This document shows positions 1 through 9,171 of a stretch of DNA of 64,000 nucleotides, piece after piece. Source of the stretch: an uncultured Spirochaetia bacterium (lineage in GTDB: Bacteria; Oederibacteriota; PGYV01; CAYTNY01); the NCBI GenBank assembly GCA_964439215.1, contig CAYTNY010000001.1:33-64032 (forward strand). Direction: 5' to 3'. The first letter of the stretch is position 1, and the number at the start of each line of letters is the position of its first letter. The notes under the pieces are model-generated. The model searched no databases and was not told where the DNA came from. It saw only the letters and a list, made by a program, of their open reading frames with translations. Made by a program: the position numbers and the translations under genes.

Positions 1-102
1 TGTAACATACTCTATCCTCTCCCTTAGAGGGAGAGGGGGAAAAAGAAAAACCGAAAACAATATCCTCACACGTAACTTTTCCTTCGCAAGGAAATGCAGG
101 CA

Positions 103-138
103 TAAAAAAAAGGCGGGAGAAAAACTCCCGCCTTTTTT
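103..138. terminator. Bidirectional intrinsic terminator downstream of flgE: hairpin ggcgggag-aaaaa-ctcccgcc flanked by an A-run and a T-run
   Basis: Perfect 8-bp GC-rich stem at 112-119/125-132 with a 5-nt loop, A9 upstream and T6 downstream. It reads as a hairpin plus U-tract on either strand. A second GC hairpin gcgggcc-ggttag-ggcccgc sits at 145-164. Confidence 0.7.
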
Positions 139-176
139 ATGTCTGCGGGCCGGTTAGGGCCCGCTTTAAAAACTTA

Positions 177-2036
177 TTACCTTCCGATATTCACGAGCGT
201 GTCAAGCATTGTTGCCGATGTTGTTACGATTCTCGCGTTGGACTCAAAGCCCCTCTGCGCGATAATCATATTTGTCAGCTCAACCGAAAGATCAACATTT
301 GATCCTTCAAGCGATCCGCCCTCGGTTTTACCCGCGCCGGCTTGACCTGCTTCATTCATTCTTGCTGTTCCTGAGTTTGCGGAAATTGAATACATATTAC
401 CGCCTGCTTTTGAAAGGCCCTGCGGATTGCTGAATGTCGCAACAGCAAGCTTTGCTATTGTAAGTGTTTTCTCGTTTGAAAACTCCCCTACAATACCGCC
501 TGTTGAGTCAACGTTCATTCCGATCATGTCTCCGGCTCTCCATCCGTCGGTTTCCTTTGCGTATGCGGTATTATCAGGTATATATGTTGATACACCGCCT
601 ACAATCTGATACTCGCCCGAAACATCGCCCGTAAGCCCGTCTCTCAAGCCCGGCTGTGCAGGGTTAATCTCGGTATTTCCGGCAGGGTCATTAACCGTCA
701 CAACGCCTGTTCCCGGACCGGTTGTCGTGTCCCACGAGTTCGGAGTTCCAAAGTGAAGCTGGAAATCAAGATCCAATGCGCCGTCAGACATTATGCCCTG
801 GGCTGCACCACCCGCCGCAGCCGGTATCTGAGTGAATCTAATTTCCGGGCCGTATATTGTCTGCCCATCAACTTCACTCTCCAACGGCTGTCTATGGAAT
901 CCAGCACCGCCTGTACCTGTATCCCATCCGCCGCCTGAAGAAGCAAGCGAGCCGTCCTGGTTAAACCAGATAGGCGACATAACACTTTGCTCATCCGCAC
1001 CGCCGCCATTTGCCATATCAATATTTGTACCGCCCACACAGTTGAAATAATCAGGTTCACCCGTGAGAGTCTCAGAACCTCCAACAAAAGTGGTATCAAA
1101 AGCATACCAGTCCCAAACAGGCCTGAAATCATTTCCGCCCGTAGGATCAGTTCCGTGCTGGAAGAACCATACAGTAAGGTCTCTCGGGTTGCCGAGCGAA
1201 TCATATACCGTAAATGTTGCGGTATGATCAGGCACGACTTTTGAGGAGTTCTCATCAGCAGGATCTGTATGGAAATAATAGTTTGTTCCTCCGTCACCAT
1301 CCTGAACATCCTCAAGGTTAACCGAAGCAGCGCCGCCAAGCTGTGAAGGCGCGCTGTTCGGCGAAAAGTTTGACGGAAGCTCGGTAGGGGCTGCCGCAAC
1401 GTCGTTTGTCGCATATTGGTTCATAGGCGTATTGGAGTCAAGGTTGCCCGAGAACTTAACAAACCTTGTTGCCTGTGCGGACATTCTCAGGTCACTGGGT
1501 ATGTTGACATTGCCTATCTGTGATACATCATCTGTATTAATCGTATATGTTGCTGAATCTATCTGGAAACCCGGGTTTCTTGCGGGGTCATCAAGAAATG
1601 TTCTTTCAAGATTTCCCATCCAGCCCTGAACAATACCGCCGTCCGCTGTCGTAACATTACCAACATTGTCCTGAAGAAAATTTCCGGCCCTCGTGTACAT
1701 TGTTCTTGAGCCTGACGCGACAGTAAAGAATCCTTCTCCAGTTATCGCAACATCAAGCGGATTTCCTGTTGTCTGAATCGCTCCCTGGGTCATAATCGTG
1801 TCAATTGACCCGAGCGCGGCTCCGAGACCCTGCTGCAGCGGATTCTTGCCGCCGATGTTTCCCGCGGTGCTCGCGGCTGACGCCGAGCCGAGCGACTGTG
1901 AAACCTGTTCCTTGAATGTTACCCTCTGTGACTTGTAAGCCACGGTGTTTACGTTAGAAATGTTGTTTCCGATTGTGTTCATCCAGGTTGTGTGGTTTTT
2001 CAGACCTGAAATTGATGAAAACATTGATCCCATCAT
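177..2036 (-). CDS. flgE: Flagellar hook protein FlgE, long form (619 aa)
   Basis: N-terminal Flg_bb_rod motif (SGLKNHTTWMNTIGNNISNVNTVAYK) and C-terminal Flg_bbr_C motif (NVDLSVELTNMIIAQRGFESNARIV). Lies immediately downstream of flgD. AGGAGG RBS 10 nt before the ATG. Confidence 0.85.
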   Translation of the reverse strand: MMGSMFSSISGLKNHTTWMNTIGNNISNVNTVAYKSQRVTFKEQVSQSLGSASAASTAGNIGGKNPLQQGLGAALGSIDTIMTQGAIQTTGNPLDVAITGEGFFTVASGSRTMYTRAGNFLQDNVGNVTTADGGIVQGWMGNLERTFLDDPARNPGFQIDSATYTINTDDVSQIGNVNIPSDLRMSAQATRFVKFSGNLDSNTPMNQYATNDVAAAPTELPSNFSPNSAPSQLGGAASVNLEDVQDGDGGTNYYFHTDPADENSSKVVPDHTATFTVYDSLGNPRDLTVWFFQHGTDPTGGNDFRPVWDWYAFDTTFVGGSETLTGEPDYFNCVGGTNIDMANGGGADEQSVMSPIWFNQDGSLASSGGGWDTGTGGAGFHRQPLESEVDGQTIYGPEIRFTQIPAAAGGAAQGIMSDGALDLDFQLHFGTPNSWDTTTGPGTGVVTVNDPAGNTEINPAQPGLRDGLTGDVSGEYQIVGGVSTYIPDNTAYAKETDGWRAGDMIGMNVDSTGGIVGEFSNEKTLTIAKLAVATFSNPQGLSKAGGNMYSISANSGTARMNEAGQAGAGKTEGGSLEGSNVDLSVELTNMIIAQRGFESNARIVTTSATMLDTLVNIGR

Positions 2037-2139
2037 AGTTGGATCGCCTCCTGAGTTTTAATTAAACGCATATTCGATGCGTTTTTTGGAGGCCCCCGCT
2101 TTACTCAAAAGCAAAGCAGTCCGGCCTCAAATCTGGTTC

Positions 2140-2538
2140 TCAAGCAATTACCGCAGAATCTATATTGGTAAATACATTTTCCTGCATACCCGCTCTGTCA
2201 ACCGCGGTAATTACCGTACTGTTCTTTACGCTTACAACAAGCGAAAAGTTTTCAAAGACCATAAGCGTCTCATTTGCCCCTTTTTCTTTTGCTTTTCCGA
2301 GGGCATTCTGAAGCCTGCTCATTACTTCAGGATTCATATCAATATTACGCGAATGAATCCTCTTTTCAGCGTGAGAGGAAAATTTAATATCCTGCTCTTT
2401 ACCCGCTACCTGCTGCTGATCCAATACCTGCTTAAACGATGGAGTACCCCGGTCTGTCTTCTGCAGATTCCGGCTGCGCTGCTGTGCTTCCTGCAGCTGC
2501 GACAGCTTCTGAAACTGTGAATTAATATTGTTTACCAA
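2140..2538 (-). CDS. Small flagellar operon protein between flgD and flgE (TIGR02530-like, SSHAEKRIHSRNI motif)
   Basis: 132 aa, placed between flgD and flgE as in Firmicutes-type fla operons. Contains an HAxxRxxxRxI motif that I recall from the flgD-flgE intergenic 'flagellar operon protein' family. Confidence 0.45.
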   Translation of the reverse strand: MVNNINSQFQKLSQLQEAQQRSRNLQKTDRGTPSFKQVLDQQQVAGKEQDIKFSSHAEKRIHSRNIDMNPEVMSRLQNALGKAKEKGANETLMVFENFSLVVSVKNSTVITAVDRAGMQENVFTNIDSAVIA

Positions 2539-2552
2539 CTGGTATCACCACC

Positions 2553-2996
2553 TTACGCTTTTATTTCTGTAACTGAAGAAAGTCCGAATTCCTGTCCGTT
2601 CACTACTATCTTCGGATCTCCATCAGCAAATCTTACCGCACTTACCTGTCCTTCAACATTTCCCGCTTCCGTGCTTATGGCAACATTCTTTCCGATAAGC
2701 GACGCTGCCTGAGTCGTGTTCTGCATCATCATAAGCCCGATAATATTGTCATTAAGCGAGGTTATGCTGTCCGCAAACGTCTGATTCAGGTTTGTCATCT
2801 GTTCAAGCGAAGAAAACTGCGCCATATCAGCGACAAAAGACTCGTCCTCCATAGGCTTTAACGGGTCCTGATACTTGAGCTTCGTAATAAGCATTTCCAG
2901 AAAATCCATCTTGCCCAGCGCTGAATCAGGATTATCCACCATTGATGTTGCTGTTTCGCTCAAACTGTTTGTAGATCCTACTCCGGATACATCCAT
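2553..2996 (-). CDS. flgD: Flagellar hook assembly/capping protein FlgD
   Basis: Conserved FlgD N-terminal region LGKMDFLEMLITKLKYQDPLKPMEDESFVADMAQFSSLEQ, followed by a beta-rich C-terminus. Position fliK-flgD-flgE. Confidence 0.85.
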   Translation of the reverse strand: MDVSGVGSTNSLSETATSMVDNPDSALGKMDFLEMLITKLKYQDPLKPMEDESFVADMAQFSSLEQMTNLNQTFADSITSLNDNIIGLMMMQNTTQAASLIGKNVAISTEAGNVEGQVSAVRFADGDPKIVVNGQEFGLSSVTEIKA

Positions 2997-3015
2997 TTAT
3001 TATTCACCTCCTTTC

Positions 3016-5364
3016 TTAAGCAAAATAGTTTAGGTAGCCGGTAAACGGCGCTGAAACCGCTTCGGTACCATCAGCCTCCGGCAGCCCGGATAAAGCTGTA
3101 TCGTTCAATGCGCCGCCTTCCCATTGCGCAAATTCATCAAAAGAACCTTCAAAATCTCCGCGTCCATCGCTGTTAAGCATTGATATTTCAATATTTTCAA
3201 TATCCACTCCGGCATTTCCGAGGGAAGCTCTGAGTTCCGCCGTATTTACCCTTAATATTTCCCTTGCTTCAGCACCCGCAACCTGTATCTTTGCGTTTAC
3301 TTTTTTATCAGCGGTCTCAAGTTTTATTATGACAATTCCCAGATTTTCGGGCCTTAAGAACATTTTTATTTCAGTTGTTTTCGGCGACAGCGCGTTTCCC
3401 GCCACTGCTTCAGAAACCTGCTTTAAAATAATATCGGTTTTTGCCGCCTTTGCAAATGAAGCCAGATTTTCAAAAACAGCGTTATTTGCCGCGGTTTTTA
3501 AATGATTTTCATTTTTTATCTCAAATCCCATATTTTTAACCAGCCATTCCATATCTTTTACAAGCGGATTCTTTTCAGCGTTTGCTTCCCCGCTTTTAGG
3601 CGCGGGATTCACACTGCGCTCCGGCCGGGCCTCTTTAGGCGTTTCAGCGTTTTTAACATCCGCCGCGTTTGCTTTAAGTTTTAAGTTTTCCGTGTTTTCA
3701 GGCGCAGCCGCCGGAACAGGATTTTCTTTTGCGGTTATTCCTGACATTGTTTCGGGCGAAGAAGTCTGCGCGGCGGCGCGGGCCCCTTCACGGGCCGCTG
3801 TCTCCGCGGGTTTTGTGTTTATAAGACCATCCGCGGTTTTTGTCCGCGCGGCATTCTCTGATGCCGGTGCTGCTTCAGCTTTTACCGCCGGCGCAGGTTC
3901 GGGCAAAACCGTGTTTTTCATTGGTTCCTGCGGTGCTGTTTCCGCGTTTTTTATTATTTCCATTCTGCCGTTAAGCTGCTTTAAAAGCGACGCAATCTTC
4001 ATAAAAATATCTCCGTCCTGCTTTAAAGCCTGCTGTGCAGCCGGAGCATTGTCCCCCGCATTGCCGCCTTTATCCGTATTTACGCTTATTCCTCTGATAT
4101 TTCCAGAAACAGCCTCAGGCAGGGGATTATTTGATGTATCCGCGGAAAAAGAGCCGCTTAAACTGCCTGCCCCCGCGGATGATGAAAGAACACCATTAAA
4201 AATCCCGGCCAGTCCGTTTATTTTTGAAGCTGTTTCGGCTGCCTGCTGTTCAACAGCGCCGGTATTTATTAAAATATTTTTATTTCCTGAAATTTCAGGA
4301 GTGTTTTCAGAAGCAGTTTTAGGCGGAACCCCCGTAACCTGTGCTTCCACTGACACAACGGAATTCTGCGCTCTGTTTTCAACCGCGGCAAGCCTGACTG
4401 CCGAGAAAGTATTTTCTCCGGAACTCACCGAAGGCATAAGCATTGAAACCAGTTTATTAACAGATTCCACAGCTTCTTTGACCTGTGTATTTATTTCTTT
4501 GATTTCAGACGAACTCACTGAAGGGCCTTTCTCTGATACTGCTTTTTTCAAAACTGCCGCGGCTTCCATTATATCCCTGTTCAGCTGTGCGGCAAATTCT
4601 TTTACGGTTTCAGCAGGAACTTCTGTTTTTACAAAAGCCGCGCTTTTTGCCGTATCAGCGGATATTTCAATCCGTCCGGCGCCGGCGCCGGCCGGTTCTT
4701 TTCCTGCCTGTGTTTTTACATCAGGGACCGCCGGCATTTCCGCACGCACGGGAGCGTTTTGCGCCTCCCGCAAAACTTTCTGCTCAGCGGCCTGCGGCAC
4801 AGAACCCGTATTAACAATTTCTGTATTATTCCTGTTTGACGCACCCGCGTCTTTTGAATCTGTCTGCAAATCTTTGTTATTGCCGGAAATATCTTTATTG
4901 TTTTGAACATCAAAAGCAGCATCTTTTAAATCCGCCCGAAGCGCTTTTCCCAAAGCAGTATCTGCCGCCAGCTGCACAGCGGCCGCTTTTATGCTCTCAT
5001 AAAGAATATTTTTTTCATCAGCGCTCAGGCCCTGAGCAAATGCTTTCACAACAGGATCCTGCGCTATTTCAGCTTTGCCTGAAACCGCAATGCTGCCGGC
5101 TTTGTCCATAATGAATAACGCGGATACAGCTTTATAAAGAGCGGAGTGAAGTTTTTGATTTGCGATAAGATCTTCGGCAAGGCCGGCTTTCTGAATATCA
5201 TTCCTGCTGTTTTCCTGCTGCAGCATAATATCGGACATAATGCCTTTAAATGCATTAATACTATTATTGGAATTGTTTTCATTGATAACATCTATCGGAA
5301 TACCCTGCTTTGCGGACAGACTTTGTACGTTGAGCGCTGTCAACGACAAATTTAAATTGACCAC
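3016..5364 (-). CDS. fliK: Flagellar hook-length control protein FliK, unusually long (782 aa), Ala/Glu/Pro-rich
   Basis: C-terminal Flg_hook domain (MFLRPENLGIVIIKLETADKKVNAKIQVAGAEAREILRVNTAELRASLGNAGVDIENIEI). Low-complexity central region. Position between fliJ and flgD. Start appears to be GTG with an AGGAGG RBS 7 nt upstream. Confidence 0.75.
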   Translation of the reverse strand: MVNLNLSLTALNVQSLSAKQGIPIDVINENNSNNSINAFKGIMSDIMLQQENSRNDIQKAGLAEDLIANQKLHSALYKAVSALFIMDKAGSIAVSGKAEIAQDPVVKAFAQGLSADEKNILYESIKAAAVQLAADTALGKALRADLKDAAFDVQNNKDISGNNKDLQTDSKDAGASNRNNTEIVNTGSVPQAAEQKVLREAQNAPVRAEMPAVPDVKTQAGKEPAGAGAGRIEISADTAKSAAFVKTEVPAETVKEFAAQLNRDIMEAAAVLKKAVSEKGPSVSSSEIKEINTQVKEAVESVNKLVSMLMPSVSSGENTFSAVRLAAVENRAQNSVVSVEAQVTGVPPKTASENTPEISGNKNILINTGAVEQQAAETASKINGLAGIFNGVLSSSAGAGSLSGSFSADTSNNPLPEAVSGNIRGISVNTDKGGNAGDNAPAAQQALKQDGDIFMKIASLLKQLNGRMEIIKNAETAPQEPMKNTVLPEPAPAVKAEAAPASENAARTKTADGLINTKPAETAAREGARAAAQTSSPETMSGITAKENPVPAAAPENTENLKLKANAADVKNAETPKEARPERSVNPAPKSGEANAEKNPLVKDMEWLVKNMGFEIKNENHLKTAANNAVFENLASFAKAAKTDIILKQVSEAVAGNALSPKTTEIKMFLRPENLGIVIIKLETADKKVNAKIQVAGAEAREILRVNTAELRASLGNAGVDIENIEISMLNSDGRGDFEGSFDEFAQWEGGALNDTALSGLPEADGTEAVSAPFTGYLNYFA

Positions 5365-5478
5365 AACTATGCCTCCTTTGGCATTTTACCGGCGGCCCTC
5401 CTTGCGGTCCGGACCATACTGCCGGTGGAATAATCGATTCCTTAAACACCACGTTCTCGTACTATTTCAGTTAATACA

Positions 5479-5508
5479 AGTTTACACTATAAAACATAAA
5501 TCTGTCAA
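5479..5508 (-). promoter_or_regulatory. Possible internal sigma70-type promoter upstream of fliK (TTGACA-18-TAAACT)
   Basis: On the minus strand, a -35 TTGACA (plus 5503-5508) and a -10 TAAACT (plus 5479-5484) with an 18-nt spacer, inside the 210-bp fliJ-fliK gap. Confidence 0.3.
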
Positions 5509-5574
5509 CTAAAATTTCAATTTTTTTTTTGCTTTTTTTCCAAAAAACTTACATTGTTCCTTTTATGCATGTTT

Positions 5575-6030
5575 TCAGAAATTATGCTGTTCTTTGCGGT
5601 TATATTTGCTTATAGAGGTTTCATCAAGCTGTTTCTGCTCCGCGGCAAGAATGTTTTTATTAAATATCTTATAATCCCTGTCTCTGAGCTTTTCAAATAT
5701 CTTTTTTTCCTTTGAAGCTTCAACAACCTCTTCTCTCTTCCTGTCCGCCATTTTATGGAGCTCCTGTATCTTTTTTTCAGCTTCAACAATACGGTACCTG
5801 AGCACCGAAAGATGCTGTTCGTAATAAATAAGCCTGCCTATATCGGTTCCTTTCTGTTTTTCCTCATTCTTCATACGCAGATTTTCAGCGCTGCTCCGGC
5901 TTACTGCTTTGCGTATTTTTTCCTGCTCAAGCCTCAGAGCAGTAAGATGCATAAGCTCTCTTTTCAGCGCCTCTTCTTTTTTTTCCTTGACCCTCAGAAC
6001 CGTATCAAAACGGAAAACAAATTTTTTCAT
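5575..6030 (-). CDS. fliJ: Flagellar export chaperone FliJ
   Basis: 151 aa coiled-coil protein directly downstream of fliI. N-terminus FRFDTVLRVKEKKEEALKRELMHL is typical of FliJ. Confidence 0.7.
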   Translation of the reverse strand: MKKFVFRFDTVLRVKEKKEEALKRELMHLTALRLEQEKIRKAVSRSSAENLRMKNEEKQKGTDIGRLIYYEQHLSVLRYRIVEAEKKIQELHKMADRKREEVVEASKEKKIFEKLRDRDYKIFNKNILAAEQKQLDETSISKYNRKEQHNF

Positions 6031-6036
6031 AATAGT

Positions 6037-7362
6037 TTACTCTTCCCCGGGCGGAAAAAGCGCGATAAGCCTTTTTATTGTTTCTTCATACTCCGTCTTT
6101 TCATCTATGCCCTGTATCAGAAATTTTTTCACATCGCCTATTTTGCTTATGGCCCGGTCTATCTGCGGGTTTGACCCTTCCACATACGCGCCTATATTTA
6201 TAAGGTCCTCGGCATTTTTATAAGTGGAAAGCGTTTCTTTAAGTTTTCCCGCGGCGCGTCTGTGTTCATCGGATGTTATGTCTATCATACACCTGGAAAC
6301 CGAATCAAGAAGATCAACCGGCGGATAATGGTTCTGGGACGCTATCTGCCTGGAGAGCGCAATATGCCCGTCAAGTATTGCCCTGACCGAATCTGATATC
6401 GGCTCGTTCAGGTCGTCCGCTTCCACAAGCACGGTATAAAGCCCTGTGATGGATCCCTCATGCGGGGTCGTTCCCGCTCTTTCAAGAAGCTTGGGCAGAA
6501 GCGCAAAAACAGACGGCGTGTATCCTTTTGTCGTGGGAGGCTCGCCTATCGCGAGTCCTATTTCCCTCTGCGCCATGGCAAACCTTGTTACAGAATCCAT
6601 CATAAGCATTACATTATATCCCTTATCCCTGAAATACTCGGCTATGGCGGTTCCCACAAACGCGCCCATTCTCCTTATAAGAGCGGGCTGGTCGGAAGTC
6701 GCCGCAATCACAACAGACCTTTTTAAGCCTTCTTTTTTCAGGTCCTTTTCTATAAAATCCCTGACCTCGCGCCCTCTTTCTCCCACGAGCGCTATAACGT
6801 TTATATCCGCGGATGTATTTCTTGCTATCATTCCGAGCGTTGTTGATTTTCCCACTCCTGACCCCGAAAAAATACCCATCCTCTGGCCCGTGCCTATCGT
6901 AAGAGCGCCGTCAATGCTTCTTATGCCCATGGCAACCGGATCCTGTATTTTTTTTCTGGTTATGGGATCGGAAGGTTTGTTGTAAACAGAATAATATTCT
7001 TTTGTTTTTAATCTGCCTTTGTTGTCTATAGGTTTTCCCAGCCCGTCAAGCACTCTGCCCAAAAGGCCCTCCCCCACAGATACTTTGAATTCCTCTTCGG
7101 TGGGAAAAACTTTTGCGCCCGGCCCTATTCCGTGCAGGTCGCCCAGCGGCATCAGCAGAGCTTTGCCTTCCCGGAAGCCCACGATCTCGGCTTCAAGGAC
7201 AACGTCCTCGTTTCTGGAAATCACTCTGCACACCTCGCCAACCGAGGCTCTGAGCCCGGCAGCCTCAAGAACAAGGCCCACTATCTGGGTTACTTTGCCG
7301 CTGGTTTTAAGCGGATCAATTTTGGCAAGTCTTGAATGGTATTTTTGAATGTCAGGTTTCAT
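6037..7362 (-). CDS. fliI: Flagellum-specific ATP synthase FliI
   Basis: Walker A GIFSGSGVGKST. F1/T3SS ATPase fold. Position fliH-fliI-fliJ. Confidence 0.92.
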   Translation of the reverse strand: MKPDIQKYHSRLAKIDPLKTSGKVTQIVGLVLEAAGLRASVGEVCRVISRNEDVVLEAEIVGFREGKALLMPLGDLHGIGPGAKVFPTEEEFKVSVGEGLLGRVLDGLGKPIDNKGRLKTKEYYSVYNKPSDPITRKKIQDPVAMGIRSIDGALTIGTGQRMGIFSGSGVGKSTTLGMIARNTSADINVIALVGERGREVRDFIEKDLKKEGLKRSVVIAATSDQPALIRRMGAFVGTAIAEYFRDKGYNVMLMMDSVTRFAMAQREIGLAIGEPPTTKGYTPSVFALLPKLLERAGTTPHEGSITGLYTVLVEADDLNEPISDSVRAILDGHIALSRQIASQNHYPPVDLLDSVSRCMIDITSDEHRRAAGKLKETLSTYKNAEDLINIGAYVEGSNPQIDRAISKIGDVKKFLIQGIDEKTEYEETIKRLIALFPPGEE

Positions 7363-7363
7363 T

Positions 7364-8173
7364 TCACTCTCCTGCCGAGAGTTTCTTCTTTATCTCCCCA
7401 AACTGATTTTCAATGTCCGTGTCTATAATTTCTGTTTTTGATTCAAGCCTGCACTCGCCCGGGTCAAGCATATCATCAGGATGTATATGAAGCGCCTCAA
7501 CAAGATCCGTTATATTCTCAAAATCATCCCTGTGGGATTTAACAAGCTCAAGATCTTCCGGATGGCAGTAAATATATATTTTTTCCTTGTCCTCAAGCCT
7601 CATTATCGCTTCTTTTACATGCTCTATTATTATTTTCCTGTCTGTTTTCAGTTCATTGATCACAACTTTTTTCGCGATGCCGGCCGCAAGATCAACTATT
7701 TCCTTCTCTGTTTCATTTATTATTTTGGCCTTTTCAGAAGCGGCTTTTTCTGTTATTGATTCCAGGCGCTTTACAAGCAGACTGTATTTTTCCTCTGCTT
7801 CTTCTTTGCCTTTGCCGGCCCCTTCCCCGCGTCCTTTTTCAAAGCCTTCTTCATATCCCTGCTTTGATTTTTCTTCCTTCAGCGCCTCTGCTTCTTCCCG
7901 CGCTTTTTGCATTATGCTTTCAGCGTCTTTCTCGGCTTTGCCCGTCATTTCCCCGTACTCTTTTTTCAGTTCTTCAAGTTCATTCTGTTTTTCCCGCAAA
8001 AGAGCGTCTGTTTCCTTTACCCGGGCGTTCAGATCCTCAAGTTTTTCTTCGGGTGTTTTTTCTTTCTTCTTTTCCGCGGGCTTTACCGCGGTTTTCGGCA
8101 GATAAACATTCCGCAGTTTATATTCCTCGTCCGAAAGATCATAATCTCCGGTTTTAAAAATATTCTTATACAA
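7364..8173 (-). CDS. fliH: Flagellar assembly protein FliH
   Basis: Lys/Glu-rich coiled-coil N-terminus and a FliH/YscL-like C-terminal region. Located between fliG and fliI, overlapping fliG by 8 nt. Confidence 0.75.
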   Translation of the reverse strand: MYKNIFKTGDYDLSDEEYKLRNVYLPKTAVKPAEKKKEKTPEEKLEDLNARVKETDALLREKQNELEELKKEYGEMTGKAEKDAESIMQKAREEAEALKEEKSKQGYEEGFEKGRGEGAGKGKEEAEEKYSLLVKRLESITEKAASEKAKIINETEKEIVDLAAGIAKKVVINELKTDRKIIIEHVKEAIMRLEDKEKIYIYCHPEDLELVKSHRDDFENITDLVEALHIHPDDMLDPGECRLESKTEIIDTDIENQFGEIKKKLSAGE

Positions 8174-9164
8174 AGATCTCTTCCTCCCCGCCTCTTGCCA
8201 CTACAATTTCGCCCATTTCCTCCAGCTGGCGTATTACGTTTACTATCTTCTGCTGGGCCTCTTCGGTATTCTTCAGCCTTACCGGCCCCATAACTTCCAT
8301 ATCTTCCAGTATCATCTGGCGGGCGCGGCTTGACATGTTCTTCAGTATCTTGTTTTTCGTTTCTTCCGAAGCTCCCTTTAAAGCAAGAACAAGATCTTTG
8401 GAGTCAATTTCCCTGAGTATCTGCTGGATGGTCCTGTCGTCAAGAAGCAGAACATCATCAAATACGAACATAAGCCTTTTAATCTCATCGGCAAGATCCG
8501 GATTGGTTTCTTCAAGTTTTTCCATAATTCCTTTTTCCGTACTTCTGTCAACCCTGTTAAGCATTTCAGCAACCGACCTGATTCCGCCGGCGGAAGCAAA
8601 TTCCTGGGTAAATACGGAAGCGATCCTTCTTTCAAGAACCTTTTCAACCTCCATTATAACTTCAGGAGTTGCCCTGTCCATTGTTGCTATTCTTGTTGTT
8701 ACCTCAATCTGCAGCTCCGGCGAAAGCGAAGATATGATCTCCGAACCCTGTTCCGGTGAAATATGCGCCAAAACAAGCGCGATGGTCTGAGGATGCTCAT
8801 TCTGTATAAAATTCAGTATCTGCTGCGGATCCGTCTTTTTTATAAAATCAAACGGAGTCATCTGCAGAGCGCCCTGCAGACGGTTTAATATCTCAACAGC
8901 CTTCTGCTCACCGAGCGATTTCTCAAGAAGTTCTCTGGCGTAATCAATACCGCCCTGGGATATGTACTCTTCCGCCAGCGCAAGCTGATAACTTTCCTCA
9001 AGAACCGAATCTCTGTCCTGTGATGTTATTTTTCTTGTATTTGCTATCTGAAGCGTCAGCTGTTCAACAATTTCATCGTTTAATTCTCTGAATACAGTGC
9101 TGGATAAATCAGGTCCAAGCGTAATCAAAAGTGTAGCGGCTTTCTGTTCTCCGGACATCGCCAT
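8166..9164 (-). CDS. fliG: Flagellar motor switch protein FliG
   Basis: 332 aa. N-terminus MSGEQKAATLLITLGPDLSSTVFRELNDEIVEQLTLQIA. FliG middle and C-terminal domains present. Confidence 0.9.
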   Translation of the reverse strand: MAMSGEQKAATLLITLGPDLSSTVFRELNDEIVEQLTLQIANTRKITSQDRDSVLEESYQLALAEEYISQGGIDYARELLEKSLGEQKAVEILNRLQGALQMTPFDFIKKTDPQQILNFIQNEHPQTIALVLAHISPEQGSEIISSLSPELQIEVTTRIATMDRATPEVIMEVEKVLERRIASVFTQEFASAGGIRSVAEMLNRVDRSTEKGIMEKLEETNPDLADEIKRLMFVFDDVLLLDDRTIQQILREIDSKDLVLALKGASEETKNKILKNMSSRARQMILEDMEVMGPVRLKNTEEAQQKIVNVIRQLEEMGEIVVARGGEEEIFV

Positions 9165-9171
9165 TATTATC

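Noticed and set aside
3692-4906. 404-aa Ala-rich ORF on the plus strand inside fliK
   Set aside because: Antisense to a well-supported FliK gene. The low-complexity Ala/Ser/Phe composition is a mirror of the GC-rich Ala/Glu/Pro-coding fliK strand. No start context or RBS.
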